In this document: piece after piece, positions 30,749 through 40,509 of the stretch | Position numbering within the stretch: the first letter of the stretch is position 1 | Layout of the letters: each line of letters begins with the position of its first letter | DNA from: a virus | Strand: one strand, 5' to 3' | DNA: 64,000 nucleotides | IMG/VR virus record: IMGVR_UViG_3300035150_000164 | Location: 1 to 64,000 of that record | Made by a program: the position numbers and the translations under genes | The notes under the pieces: model-generated | What the model was told of the DNA's origin: nothing | Databases searched by the model: none | The model's input: the letters and a program-made list of their open reading frames with translations, nothing else

Positions 30749-31279
30749 TCACTTCCCACGTCTCTTTGGATTCGGAACCCTAACAATCTCTAACTCCTCA
30801 CGAAGCATTCTTCTTATTTCTTTCATGTCTTCCTTGCTACCTGCCTTGCTATCAGACTTCATCTCAACCAGTCTACCCTCCATCCGCTCGTTTGAAGTCT
30901 TTAGTTGACTTACATCAATCTCAATATTCTGTACGCTCTGCTCAACTGTATCCGTCTTCGTTGATGCACGCACCATATAAGCAGCCCCAGATACAATAGC
31001 CATAACTATTGCAATAATCCCTCCAAGTTTAACCGTCTTCCATTTGTTAAGCGATGATTTTATCTCTCTTATACCACCCTCTATACCCTCTATACTCTGA
31101 GACATAGTAGCGATATTAACTCTTTGAATACATGGATGAGGCTTTTTTAACTCAGAAATCTCAACATCAACAACATCTTTATCTTTCTTCTTTTCCAACT
31201 TACTATTCATCCTATCCTCCAGGTCCTTTATCCTAGCATGAAGCGCTTTTATATCACTATCCTTTGGTGGCATAGCCAC
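30749..31279 (-). CDS. Coiled-coil membrane protein
   Basis: Single TM helix flanked by heptad-rich segments. Confidence 0.6.
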   Translation of the reverse strand: MAMPPKDSDIKALHARIKDLEDRMNSKLEKKKDKDVVDVEISELKKPHPCIQRVNIATMSQSIEGIEGGIREIKSSLNKWKTVKLGGIIAIVMAIVSGAAYMVRASTKTDTVEQSVQNIEIDVSQLKTSNERMEGRLVEMKSDSKAGSKEDMKEIRRMLREELEIVRVPNPKRRGK

Positions 31280-31300
31280 ACCTTAATCCCCCTACCCAAC

Positions 31301-31702
31301 TTATGCATCAAAATTAGTAACTGTTTCCTTTATATTAAACTTTGATGGCCCTGCAGCCTGCACTCGCTTCCCACCAACTTCTACAACTAAATCATACCAA
31401 TAATTACCTTCAGTACCTACTGTATCTGAAGGAACAAAATATACCTCAAGAATACCAGATTCAGCATCTGTAATTAATATCTGTGTGTCGTCTCCACCAG
31501 CTGCTAAATTTTCTTTTGTTACAATAGCATTCTCATCCAAATCATCAGGTGTCGTCTTTACAGTTAACCAAACAGAAGCTCCAGTTAAAACAAATGGAAT
31601 ACTAACACCTGAAGATAATGTAGTAAGTGTAAACCTAACAGTATAATCCCTACCAGAAAATAACGAAATAGACCCAACAGTTATACATGTAGAACAACTC
31701 AT
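31301..31702 (-). CDS. Ig-like/BppU-like structural protein
   Basis: LTGASV..TVK, ITDAESG, YWYDL. Confidence 0.6.
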   Translation of the reverse strand: MSCSTCITVGSISLFSGRDYTVRFTLTTLSSGVSIPFVLTGASVWLTVKTTPDDLDENAIVTKENLAAGGDDTQILITDAESGILEVYFVPSDTVGTEGNYWYDLVVEVGGKRVQAAGPSKFNIKETVTNFDA

Positions 31703-31890
31703 TAGATTTCTATTCCTATTCCTATTGATTCTTCTACATAACTGTAAACATCACATGACATCTCTATATCGTAATTCATATCCAAATCATAATCTACTAC
31801 TGCTTCGATACTAACATCATTTTCTATACCAATAACAATAGTCGATAATTCTTCTACAGTAGATTCCACTAGTATAATATTGTCAGTCAT
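31702..31890 (-). CDS. Small acidic protein
   Basis: Overlapping start/stop with neighbours. Confidence 0.5.
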   Translation of the reverse strand: MTDNIILVESTVEELSTIVIGIENDVSIEAVVDYDLDMNYDIEMSCDVYSYVEESIGIGIEI

Positions 31891-32260
31891 ATTGTCGCTC
31901 CATAACAGGAACCACTATCTCTTTAACAATTATTCCCTTTTTACCAGACAATATATCTCGCAACCTATCCAAACATGTCTTTCTGCTTGGTCCAATCCTG
32001 TTACATACCCCTATCATACTGCCACCTATATCAACACCTGACGTAGCTTCCCTTCCACAAATAAAGCAATAATTATTCAACCTGTTCTTAAAAGGACCTT
32101 TGTATAATGGAAATCCTTTACCACTTGCCGGACCTCCACAATCTTTTCCACATCCTATGGTACTACCTATGTCCATAGCACAATGCCAATGCTCACACCA
32201 TGCACAAACAAAATTTAAACCAGTACTCATTTCTCTTGCAGCCCTTTCAGCTTTTATCAT
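31883..32260 (-). CDS. Cys-rich hypothetical protein
   Basis: CAWC, CGKDC, CFIC. Confidence 0.6.
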   Translation of the reverse strand: MIKAERAAREMSTGLNFVCAWCEHWHCAMDIGSTIGCGKDCGGPASGKGFPLYKGPFKNRLNNYCFICGREATSGVDIGGSMIGVCNRIGPSRKTCLDRLRDILSGKKGIIVKEIVVPVMERQYD

Positions 32261-32505
32261 CTCTTCTTCCTCGGAAATATTTTAACCAAATCCCTACTAG
32301 TTACCTCTACTGCTCCAAAACCTACAGCCAAAGATCTTTTTTGTTTGCAAATATCATAATGAGGCAATCTCTCCTTATTCTGAAACCAACGCCTTTTAAT
32401 ACCTATTTTATCTGCCATGTCATGTAACTCTTCAATTGAATCAGCCGCCATATGACACATAATCATCCTTCCAAATTTGTGCTCTGCATCATCAACATAA
32501 ACCAT
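32257..32505 (-). CDS. DUF4031-family protein
   Basis: MVYVDD...CHMAADSIEELH..A..IG.KRRWFQ...HYDI...R..A...GA; TGATG overlap start. Confidence 0.8.
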   Translation of the reverse strand: MVYVDDAEHKFGRMIMCHMAADSIEELHDMADKIGIKRRWFQNKERLPHYDICKQKRSLAVGFGAVEVTSRDLVKIFPRKKR

Positions 32506-33089
32506 CACAAATTTACCTTTCTGTCTGGTGTAAATTGCGTACGCTTCTTGAGTTCCAATCTCCATCCTACAGTAACTGCCGTCCCCCTAATATTCCCTGA
32601 CCTTCCTGCCTTCACAACATCCCACCACTCCAAAAACCCATAACAAACATCACCCTCTTTAGGCGTCCTATCTATAATACATGCTACTGTAGTTCCAAGA
32701 TCATCCGTGTAACATTCCCAGTGAAAATCAGCAATCACCAATATGGCATCGTATTCTACGATCTTTCCCTCTGGTCTAACCATCGGATTTCTATTCTCTG
32801 CTTCCACATACTCAAAAGCACATGGAATCGTTAAATAACCGTCTCCAGCCGCTATATCTGGACAAAAATTCCAAGATAAATCATGCGTCTGTGGTGTTCC
32901 TGCCGAGGAACTACCTCCATACAACGGGTCGTTATCCGGCTCACCATACATAGCATCTACATTAGTCCCCCTATTCAAACTATAGTACTCTACTGTAACT
33001 CCAGATTTTTCAATACGCTCTGCCTCAAGTTGCTTTAAATACTCAGCATCTTGAGAACCGTAAATACCACCTGTTCCTTGACATCCCAT
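32505..33089 (-). CDS. Neck protein (gp14-like)
   Basis: GVTVEYY, DAMYGE, PKEGDV; synteny. Confidence 0.7.
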   Translation of the reverse strand: MGCQGTGGIYGSQDAEYLKQLEAERIEKSGVTVEYYSLNRGTNVDAMYGEPDNDPLYGGSSSAGTPQTHDLSWNFCPDIAAGDGYLTIPCAFEYVEAENRNPMVRPEGKIVEYDAILVIADFHWECYTDDLGTTVACIIDRTPKEGDVCYGFLEWWDVVKAGRSGNIRGTAVTVGWRLELKKRTQFTPDRKVNL

Positions 33090-33105
33090 CTGTATTCTAA
33101 CCTAG

Positions 33106-33119
33106 CGAACTTGAGTTCG
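33106..33119. repeat. Dispersed palindrome
   Basis: CGAACTTGAGTTCG, intergenic. Confidence 0.9.
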
Positions 33120-33122
33120 CGT

Positions 33123-33986
33123 CTACATATTCTTGTATAACTCTTTTAACTCCAACAAATACGAAACATCACCCATAGAGAGATCTTCACCCCTCTTCTT
33201 CTTACTTAACGCTTCTGCTACCCGAAAACCTGCTCCCTTATTACCATCCCAGCACCTAACATCTTTACCCTTCGCCCTCGCCGCACGCCCACAAGGATGT
33301 TTTGTGCTACCGTACTTCCCCAATATCCCCTTCTTATCAGCCGTCTTGCCCTTCCCAGTAAATTTCAACTTCCTCTTCCCAATCGCCCAAGAACCACCTC
33401 CTTTAGAAGCATGGTTTTCTACACCAGCAAATTTTCCTGTATCCCTATCGTGAAAAGGATTACCCATCCCTTTCTTTCTCTTTGGTGCTCCTGAAGTCTT
33501 GTTTCTCGTCTCAGTCAAAATATCCGTAAGTTCTCCTATAAAAGACTCAAACGATTCCTCATCCTCGTCTTCTGAAAACTCCATCTGATCCTCATAAGCC
33601 AACATAGCAGCCTGCAACATCTCAGGCTTCGTAATCGCAACATGAGGCATAAATGCTACAGAATATTGACCTTCAATGTCCCGAAATACAATCTCTCCTG
33701 GCTCTAAAAACTTAGACTCCGTCATGAAATCGTACAAGGTCAAAGCATCCTGTTTCTCTTCAAAAAAGAACACAATCTCACTATCGCTATCTTTACCCTG
33801 ATAAGGTACTAACGGCCTACCTGCCATAGGATCGTTATACGATCTCAACTCCCTAGTTACAGATACTGCTGCTTCCTCAAGACACCTATTGTCATCCTCT
33901 ATTCCGTTGAATCTTATAGCCTTTTTATCTAATTCAGATATTGATCTTCTAGCCATATCTAAAAATTTCATAATATCATTTTCCAT
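33123..33986 (-). CDS. Head-associated hypothetical protein
   Basis: Acidic N-terminus, LTE site, basic C-terminus with NPFHDRDTGKF. Confidence 0.6.
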   Translation of the reverse strand: MENDIMKFLDMARRSISELDKKAIRFNGIEDDNRCLEEAAVSVTRELRSYNDPMAGRPLVPYQGKDSDSEIVFFFEEKQDALTLYDFMTESKFLEPGEIVFRDIEGQYSVAFMPHVAITKPEMLQAAMLAYEDQMEFSEDEDEESFESFIGELTDILTETRNKTSGAPKRKKGMGNPFHDRDTGKFAGVENHASKGGGSWAIGKRKLKFTGKGKTADKKGILGKYGSTKHPCGRAARAKGKDVRCWDGNKGAGFRVAEALSKKKRGEDLSMGDVSYLLELKELYKNM

Positions 33987-34000
33987 CTTACTCTCCGTAA

Positions 34001-34014
34001 CGAACTTGAGTTCG
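34001..34014. repeat. Dispersed palindrome
   Basis: CGAACTTGAGTTCG, intergenic. Confidence 0.9.
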
Positions 34015-34019
34015 CATCC

Positions 34020-34769
34020 TTATCCTGTAAAAATGATCGTCGGCCTTTGTAATTTTTCCATCTTCTCTTCAACGGATATTTCCATAGCCTCCGCATTCGC
34101 CCACAATGTCTCCCCGTCCATGGTAAACGTACCCGTTGCACTCGGCAGATCAGAATACTTCGTCCTTATAACAGACAAAGTCTTCATCGCCTGTGCCAAT
34201 GCATATCTCCTAAACTGATTCCATTCATATGTTCTCATCTTAGTAAAATCAAAACACCTCGATATATATACTACCTTAATAGTCCTAGTATCGCTATTTC
34301 TAGGTGAAATAACCAACACTTTCCTGCTGTCATCCCACTCCCAATCTCTATCTCCAGACATTATTCTATTTGCATCTTCTCGATACATCATAAACTGGTT
34401 TATAGCACTATATCCACCTTCTCTGCTATATACCCATTGGTATGGATTAATCTGGACATCAGCCCATCCAAATACATCGTTAAAACTATCACCTTGTGAA
34501 TCAAAATAAACGTCTACTACACTGTCTACATCTGTACCAATATCAGTATCAGCATACTCTCTTTTTTCATCTGTTATAGTAAGATCAACTGACTTTATAT
34601 TTTCAACCCATTGCATCCAATATTCTTGGGCATCAGTTATAGCGTCCTCCAACTGCTCGTCTGTAAGTTCTAATCCTATAACGTCGCATCCTAGTTTTCT
34701 AGAAATCCAAGTCTTCAACTTCGCTATTGCAGTATCATCAGCCCAATCTTTTCCGCAACTTACTGCCAT
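34020..34769 (-). CDS. Neck / head-tail adaptor (gp13-like)
   Basis: RKLG...LELTDEQLEDAI, RRYALA...R.KY..LP...GT.TMDG. Confidence 0.85.
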   Translation of the reverse strand: MAVSCGKDWADDTAIAKLKTWISRKLGCDVIGLELTDEQLEDAITDAQEYWMQWVENIKSVDLTITDEKREYADTDIGTDVDSVVDVYFDSQGDSFNDVFGWADVQINPYQWVYSREGGYSAINQFMMYREDANRIMSGDRDWEWDDSRKVLVISPRNSDTRTIKVVYISRCFDFTKMRTYEWNQFRRYALAQAMKTLSVIRTKYSDLPSATGTFTMDGETLWANAEAMEISVEEKMEKLQRPTIIFTG

Positions 34770-34771
34770 AT

Positions 34772-35449
34772 CTAATTTTTCTTTCTAGAAGACAATGAAA
34801 AAGGAGAACTACCTGTCAATATCTTATGAATAGCATGCTGCACCTTAGATGCTACACCGTATATCTCGGTATCCTTTACCCCTGCTCTCTTTAAACTTTT
34901 TACTGTAGCATCACCTATCTCACTCATCACACTATTCAACTGATCCTCGTTCATCTGAGTAGTACTGATAACAGCCTTCTTTATATCGTCAGGTAAATTG
35001 CTCACATCAACAGAACTGTCTGGCTTAGCAATAGGCTTTTTTTCGTCATCATCAGGCTTTTTATCTTTATCTACTTCTGTAGACTTACCTCCATCATCAG
35101 TATCCTTCTTGTCTTTCCCATCATCCCCTTTATCATCCAACTTATCAGCCTCGTAAATAGGAACATCCTCGCCTGCTCTACGTAGCCTTTCAGCCACTCT
35201 ATCATCTGGAGACGAAACTAACATATTCGAAGGACGCAACGCTGGATTCTCTTCTAGTGGAGCAAATAAATACAAATCCCTGTCAAAAAATCCATGCTCC
35301 TTCAAAAAAATTCCAAACGGATTGTTCGCAATAACATCCCCTGTAGCTACATGCTCACCCATTTTCGTTCGTATATCAACACGCTCTCCAATACCAATAG
35401 TTCCCGCGTCTACCGTATTGTCTAACCGTCCCTCAAATAGCGTCTTCAT
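34772..35449 (-). CDS. Hypothetical head-region protein
   Basis: ORF in packed cluster. Confidence 0.6.
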   Translation of the reverse strand: MKTLFEGRLDNTVDAGTIGIGERVDIRTKMGEHVATGDVIANNPFGIFLKEHGFFDRDLYLFAPLEENPALRPSNMLVSSPDDRVAERLRRAGEDVPIYEADKLDDKGDDGKDKKDTDDGGKSTEVDKDKKPDDDEKKPIAKPDSSVDVSNLPDDIKKAVISTTQMNEDQLNSVMSEIGDATVKSLKRAGVKDTEIYGVASKVQHAIHKILTGSSPFSLSSRKKN

Positions 35450-35957
35450 TATCTTTATGCCTCTTGGCTATATGCCTATTAATCCAACTCTCTCCCTTAT
35501 ATATTTTACCACAATACAAACACTTAAAACTACCATCGTCCATCTTAACATAATCATCATTAGATTCATCCACATTCTCTTCTGGAATTTTATCAACAAT
35601 AGAATCATCTATATCTTTGATAGAATTAAATTCTTCTACGTCAGTATCAACAGAATATTCTTCACCATGTTCACCATCTGATGTTTTTTCTTCATCAATA
35701 TTTTTTGAAGATTTATTCACAAGTAAATCAGTAAGTTTTTCATGATCAATTAAAGAAGACTCAGGTTGTGGTTCTTTTACTTCTTTAGCAATACCCATAT
35801 CTACCCAACTAGATAAATCATAATTACCTGTGTCCACTACTTTTCCAGGTTCAAATACAAATGTCTTCTTGTTACAAATAATTCTACCGCCCCTGTTTTC
35901 CATAAATAATCCTACCAGCGGCTGCTTTATATTTCCTCTTGCAAGTATGTATTTCAT
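35433..35957 (-). CDS. Protein with C-terminal C2H2 zinc finger
   Basis: FKCLYCGKIYKGESWINRHIAKRH. Confidence 0.65.
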   Translation of the reverse strand: MKYILARGNIKQPLVGLFMENRGGRIICNKKTFVFEPGKVVDTGNYDLSSWVDMGIAKEVKEPQPESSLIDHEKLTDLLVNKSSKNIDEEKTSDGEHGEEYSVDTDVEEFNSIKDIDDSIVDKIPEENVDESNDDYVKMDDGSFKCLYCGKIYKGESWINRHIAKRHKDNEDAI

Positions 35958-35971
35958 TTTTTTTAACTCCT

Positions 35972-36008
35972 AAAAAAATGGGGTCGAGCCGATATCGACC
36001 CGACCCCA
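35972..36008 (-). terminator. Rho-independent terminator after major capsid gene
   Basis: TGGGGTCGGGTCGA/TCGGCTCGACCCCA hairpin followed by T7 on the minus strand. Confidence 0.8.
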
Positions 36009-36039
36009 ATACTCGGCCCAAAACCTTCAACCAAAAATA

Positions 36040-37650
36040 CTAAGAAGTAGTCACCGTAGGTAGACCACTACAAGTAATCACACCGTAATCCTCTGGTCGA
36101 AGCATCTTCTTCGCAAACCTAGTCCACATTCCCTTCGTGTGAGTAAAAGTATTCGGATCAAAGAAAGTTGGAGTCATCTGAAGCGGAACAAATGGACAAT
36201 ACGCGTATGCAGCGTCCAAAAAGCTGTTCCCTTTTCGTCCTACCAAAATCTTCGTCTCATCAATAAACGGATCAAGGTAAACAGCCCACTTCCTGCACAA
36301 CGTACCAACCCTAGTAATACCGTAATTAGAAGTCATAGGACCATAACTAGGTGGCACCACGTTCTGCTCAATGGTCGAAAAATCACCATGTGTCGATAAC
36401 TGATCTAACAGATTTGAAACACCAGGACCAACTACCACGAAGTTCGCTGGTGCTCTACGTCCAACCTTGTGAATACGACCAGATACTGAACCTATAATAG
36501 TAAGTAGCTCACGAATCGTCTCTAACTCACCTGGCGTAGTAGAAGCATACGTATAAGCAGCAGCATGCTGTGCTCCAGCAACTAGATCATCTATGATCTG
36601 CCTATCAATTTCTAACATTACCTCGTTAGCAAAATCAGCAACAAGTTCAGTCTCAGCATCCCTACCGTGTTGAGACCTCAAGTCTTCAACACTTGTCTGA
36701 GTCCACTGAGCTTTCAGTTTTGCCTCTTCTGCTATCACAGGAACACTAGTCAAATTCAAACTGATACTAGGAACACTAGCTCCACTGGTCTGAAACACCA
36801 ATTCCCAATTCACAAAATACTGGAAATAGATAACAGTATTATCTACAAACGTACTCGCAACACCAGTCTCGTCATAAGCAGTAATTGACCAGTTTCCGGT
36901 AGTAATATCAAAGGTACCTACAGTCGCCGGTGTCGCTTGATCATCCACCAAATTACCAGATGCATTCATAGTAGCAGTGATAGTAACCTCTCCTGTACCA
37001 GCATTATCCACAACACGATAGATAGCCCTCGTGAAGAAAGTCCGCTGACCAGAAGTTCCGTTGTCTCGAATTGGACTCCAGTCCGTCGTTCTACAATTCG
37101 TAGAAGCCTGGGTAAGTACCGTAGAGCTAGTACCTGTATCTGTACAAACCGAATCATAATCAACAAACTCACTACTGTAGTACTTACCAAAATTCTGCCG
37201 CATATTAGATCCAGCAGTAAGCTCTCCATCATAACTCATGTCAGTAGCGGTACCAGTAATACCATTAGGAGGAAGCATAGTCCCCTTGCGGTCATCGTAC
37301 ACACTCTCTTTGTAGAATACCAAACCTGAAGGACTCGTCATCGGCTGTACCGAAACAAGTTGGTTTGCAATCAGGTTCGGCCACACTCTACGAAGAATCG
37401 GAAATACATACTTGGTGAAATACCCAGTATTCGTGGACAAAGTATCTTCCTGAAGAGCCTTCAGGTGATCCATCTGATTTTCCATCAGAACAGCTGTCAC
37501 CTTCTTGATATACGGATACTTTATTGGATCCCTATCATGAGTCTCTTCCAAAAGATCTTTGTGCTTGTTAATACAATAGTTAGAGTAGTGAGCGTCATAC
37601 ACACTACCTCTCCCTGCCATTTCTAACAGTTGTCTGGCTTCGTCTGGCAT
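36040..37650 (-). CDS. Major capsid protein (T4 gp23-like)
   Basis: PILRRVWPNLIANQLVSVQPMTSPSGLVFY, KLKAQWT, DAETEL, EIDRQII, YCPFVPL, GMWTRFA. Confidence 0.95.
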   Translation of the reverse strand: MPDEARQLLEMAGRGSVYDAHYSNYCINKHKDLLEETHDRDPIKYPYIKKVTAVLMENQMDHLKALQEDTLSTNTGYFTKYVFPILRRVWPNLIANQLVSVQPMTSPSGLVFYKESVYDDRKGTMLPPNGITGTATDMSYDGELTAGSNMRQNFGKYYSSEFVDYDSVCTDTGTSSTVLTQASTNCRTTDWSPIRDNGTSGQRTFFTRAIYRVVDNAGTGEVTITATMNASGNLVDDQATPATVGTFDITTGNWSITAYDETGVASTFVDNTVIYFQYFVNWELVFQTSGASVPSISLNLTSVPVIAEEAKLKAQWTQTSVEDLRSQHGRDAETELVADFANEVMLEIDRQIIDDLVAGAQHAAAYTYASTTPGELETIRELLTIIGSVSGRIHKVGRRAPANFVVVGPGVSNLLDQLSTHGDFSTIEQNVVPPSYGPMTSNYGITRVGTLCRKWAVYLDPFIDETKILVGRKGNSFLDAAYAYCPFVPLQMTPTFFDPNTFTHTKGMWTRFAKKMLRPEDYGVITCSGLPTVTTS

Positions 37651-37675
37651 TTTAAATTCTCCCGTTCGTTAGTTG

Positions 37676-39337
37676 TTACCCAGGAATCCCAGCTAATCTA
37701 GCCTGATGAGAAATATCGTTTCCTAACTCGTCCTTCCTCTTATCTTTAGGCCTGTCTCGCTCTTCCTCCAATCGTACGCCATCACCTGTCTTTCCTTTAC
37801 CAAGTTTATTTCGCATACGCTGAAGAACTGGATCCCTTACTTCTGTTAACCCGTTCTTTCCAACTAACTCATCTACGCCAGCTCGGTCATGGACTGACTC
37901 CATAAGACCAATCAACTCTCTACCATTTGTTAAACCAACAACCTTATCACGCTTGTAGACTTCCAGTTCCGCATCCTCAACTAGTTTACGAGCATTCTCT
38001 GTGGCTTCATTCGCTTCAGACTTCGCTAATTCAGCCACTTCAATGGCTTCCTCAAGACTCTTCTCAAGCTCTGAAATCCTGTCGCTCATCTCGCTAGTAT
38101 CTTTGACGCGCTGATCGTCTATGCGTTGTCCCAACGTAACAGCTTTCCGCAACTTAACATTCAACTCTTCAACCTTACTTTCCAGCAGGGCTATATTACC
38201 TCGAAGCTCCACGTTTTCCTCGCGGGTCTTCGCCTCTTCCTTAGTTACTATTTCGTCTGCACTTGGCAATTCTGAAATAATCGTATTTAATGCATCCTCT
38301 ACATCTTTTATGTCGTCAAAATTCCTGTTCTTGAACGACTTCCGAATACTCTCTGCCATAGGATGCTTTGATATCTTACGCTCTATATATAACAAATGAG
38401 CTGCTCTCTTCGCAGCCTCAAGAGCCTCATCTCGCTCTCTGTTTGATTCAGATACAGAAAGTTCACTAGCCCTAATAGCATCCTTCACCGCTTGCTGATC
38501 GACATCACCCCTGTATGCACTCACCATCTCCGCTATAGCAGCCAATACACCCTTAGCACCACCAACTTCTGGGTCTTCCTCTAATTCTTCCCGAACCTCG
38601 CTAACAACCTCTTCTCGCATATCAGCAAGCACATCACGTAAATTACGCTCAAATTCCTCCGACATATCTCTACGAATATTATCGTATTCTTTGCTCTTGG
38701 TGCTTTTATTTTTCTTGGACTCCTCTAAAACATCAACAGACTCTGTCCCTTTTATCTCCTCAGCAATATCAGGACAGGCTTCCATCAAAACCTTTGCAAC
38801 AGAACGCATATCAATATCCTCTACATGTACCTCTGGTATCGCTGAACGCATCGCAGGATCAGACACAAAATCAAATGTCTTCAGAATAAAATCGTCTTGT
38901 ACCTCTTCACCCTCTTGAGACCCACGAGCAGGTGCCGTGCTTCCATAACCACGACTGGATACCCCAACCTTAACTTTTGCTTCTATCAGCTTCTTCAGTA
39001 TCTCTCCAGCAGGCGTAGGCAAAATTTCTGCCTCTCCAATCACAATACCATCTTTTATCTTCAGATCGGTAATCAAATGGCTCGCATGATATAGAGATGT
39101 TTTTCCATCGCTTGGATGTTCAATATGCCCCAGCATCCTAGATGTACGGTTGTCCATATCCTCACGAAGCCGCTTAATCTCCCTAGCCATTAACTCTTCG
39201 CGATAAATACGACCGTTCTGTGTCGGTACCCCAACACGTCCAAATTCACCACGTGCTATTACCTTATTCCCAGTATTGCTTTCTACCAATGAAAGCTCAG
39301 ACATAAGCGATTCAGTTAATTCCTGGATCTTATTCAT
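37676..39337 (-). CDS. Prohead protease (gp21-like) fused to scaffold
   Basis: NGRIY, GHIEHP, GVSSRGYGS, FDFVSDP, then long Glu-rich coiled coil; likely start MNKIQEL at 39337. Confidence 0.9.
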   Translation of the reverse strand: MNKIQELTESLMSELSLVESNTGNKVIARGEFGRVGVPTQNGRIYREELMAREIKRLREDMDNRTSRMLGHIEHPSDGKTSLYHASHLITDLKIKDGIVIGEAEILPTPAGEILKKLIEAKVKVGVSSRGYGSTAPARGSQEGEEVQDDFILKTFDFVSDPAMRSAIPEVHVEDIDMRSVAKVLMEACPDIAEEIKGTESVDVLEESKKNKSTKSKEYDNIRRDMSEEFERNLRDVLADMREEVVSEVREELEEDPEVGGAKGVLAAIAEMVSAYRGDVDQQAVKDAIRASELSVSESNRERDEALEAAKRAAHLLYIERKISKHPMAESIRKSFKNRNFDDIKDVEDALNTIISELPSADEIVTKEEAKTREENVELRGNIALLESKVEELNVKLRKAVTLGQRIDDQRVKDTSEMSDRISELEKSLEEAIEVAELAKSEANEATENARKLVEDAELEVYKRDKVVGLTNGRELIGLMESVHDRAGVDELVGKNGLTEVRDPVLQRMRNKLGKGKTGDGVRLEEERDRPKDKRKDELGNDISHQARLAGIPG

Positions 39338-39338
39338 C

Positions 39339-39575
39339 TTATCCCCATTTTCTCCACTTTTTGAACCTATATGGTGTTCTTGCAAGTGGATTGCGGTCGA
39401 GCTTTCGCTTGGCTTCTGGAGAGATCTTTCGCTTTGTCTTTTTTCCATCCAACCTAATACTTTTGAGTTGCGAGACAAAACCTATTAACTCCAATCTCCC
39501 CGATGTATACGCCGTTCTTCGTTTCCGCTTACCACCACTCGATTTCTTCTCTGATAAGCGGTCTATTCGTTTCCC
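39339..39575 (-). CDS. -1 frameshift extension of prohead core protein (basic ~78 aa)
   Basis: Met-less open frame from GGGAAAC (39569-39575) to TAA at 39339-39341, one base before the protease ATG. Confidence 0.7.
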   Translation of the reverse strand, partial: GKRIDRLSEKKSSGGKRKRRTAYTSGRLELIGFVSQLKSIRLDGKKTKRKISPEAKRKLDRNPLARTPYRFKKWRKWG

Positions 39576-40504
39576 AAATCTTCCGTCTTCTCAAGATTCT
39601 CAAGACTCTTTGTTATCAATGAAGTGATCGGCTCTAACTCTGCAATAAATTCACTCCCATCCATAACATCTTCATCCAAACGTCCTACATCATATGCATC
39701 CAGCATATTTTCAACAGCATCCTCGTATATCTGGGTAACTACCTGATCTACAAATTCCTCATTCAGCAATTCAACTATATTAACACAATGCTCTACAATA
39801 TCATCCCTAACACTAACATTATCATTACCATGTACACCCTCTGCTACCTGCATAAGATCCTGTGCAAATGGAGAAATCAAATCTTCACGGCGCATAGCTC
39901 CTCTACGCTTCTCAGCACGGAAACTACGCATCTTACTCATAGTCCCCTTTCCACCACGACTCCATTTTTTCTTCTTCCTGCTCTCCTTACGTAGTTTACC
40001 CATCCCACCAGATACAATATGAGCTGGCCTACACTGGGGACGCCCTCCGCCACTACCTACAGATACCGCACGCTGTCCCTTTGGACACTGAAAACTCATC
40101 TTCCTAGCAGTAGACTTTGCCTTAAATCTACGCTGCCTAGTCGCTGCACCCTCTTTCAAAAGCACCACAACTCGCTCAGCATGCTCTCTTAACTCATCAT
40201 CCCCATCAGGCAATTTCTTTTCTGAAAGCTCGTTCAAAAGCTCCTCAAAATCAGACTCTTCCATCGCATCAAAAGGCAAAGCCTCTATACGATCAAAAAG
40301 TTCTTTCGTAACATAAAGTCCATCAATAGGATCATCAGAATCCTCATCAACTTTCTGCTCTTCTTGCTGCTCTTCTTGCTCTGGCTCTGGCTCTGGCTCA
40401 TCTAATTCACCACTAGGTGTTGCTCTAATGTTACCAATAATAACATTAGAACTAATACCCAGTTGTTCCAAATCTTCCTGTAATGTTGTTTTAAAACGAC
40501 CCAT
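39563..40504 (-). CDS. Prohead core-like protein
   Basis: Acidic and highly basic blocks separated by LxE sites; between portal and protease like T4 gp67/68. Confidence 0.6.
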   Translation of the reverse strand: MGRFKTTLQEDLEQLGISSNVIIGNIRATPSGELDEPEPEPEQEEQQEEQKVDEDSDDPIDGLYVTKELFDRIEALPFDAMEESDFEELLNELSEKKLPDGDDELREHAERVVVLLKEGAATRQRRFKAKSTARKMSFQCPKGQRAVSVGSGGGRPQCRPAHIVSGGMGKLRKESRKKKKWSRGGKGTMSKMRSFRAEKRRGAMRREDLISPFAQDLMQVAEGVHGNDNVSVRDDIVEHCVNIVELLNEEFVDQVVTQIYEDAVENMLDAYDVGRLDEDVMDGSEFIAELEPITSLITKSLENLEKTEDLGNE

Positions 40505-40509
40505 GTTAA

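Noticed and set aside
39338-39478. 47-aa N-terminal extension of the protease given by the ORF track
   Set aside because: It starts at TTG without a clear RBS and overlaps the frameshift extension frame; ATG 39337 fits better.
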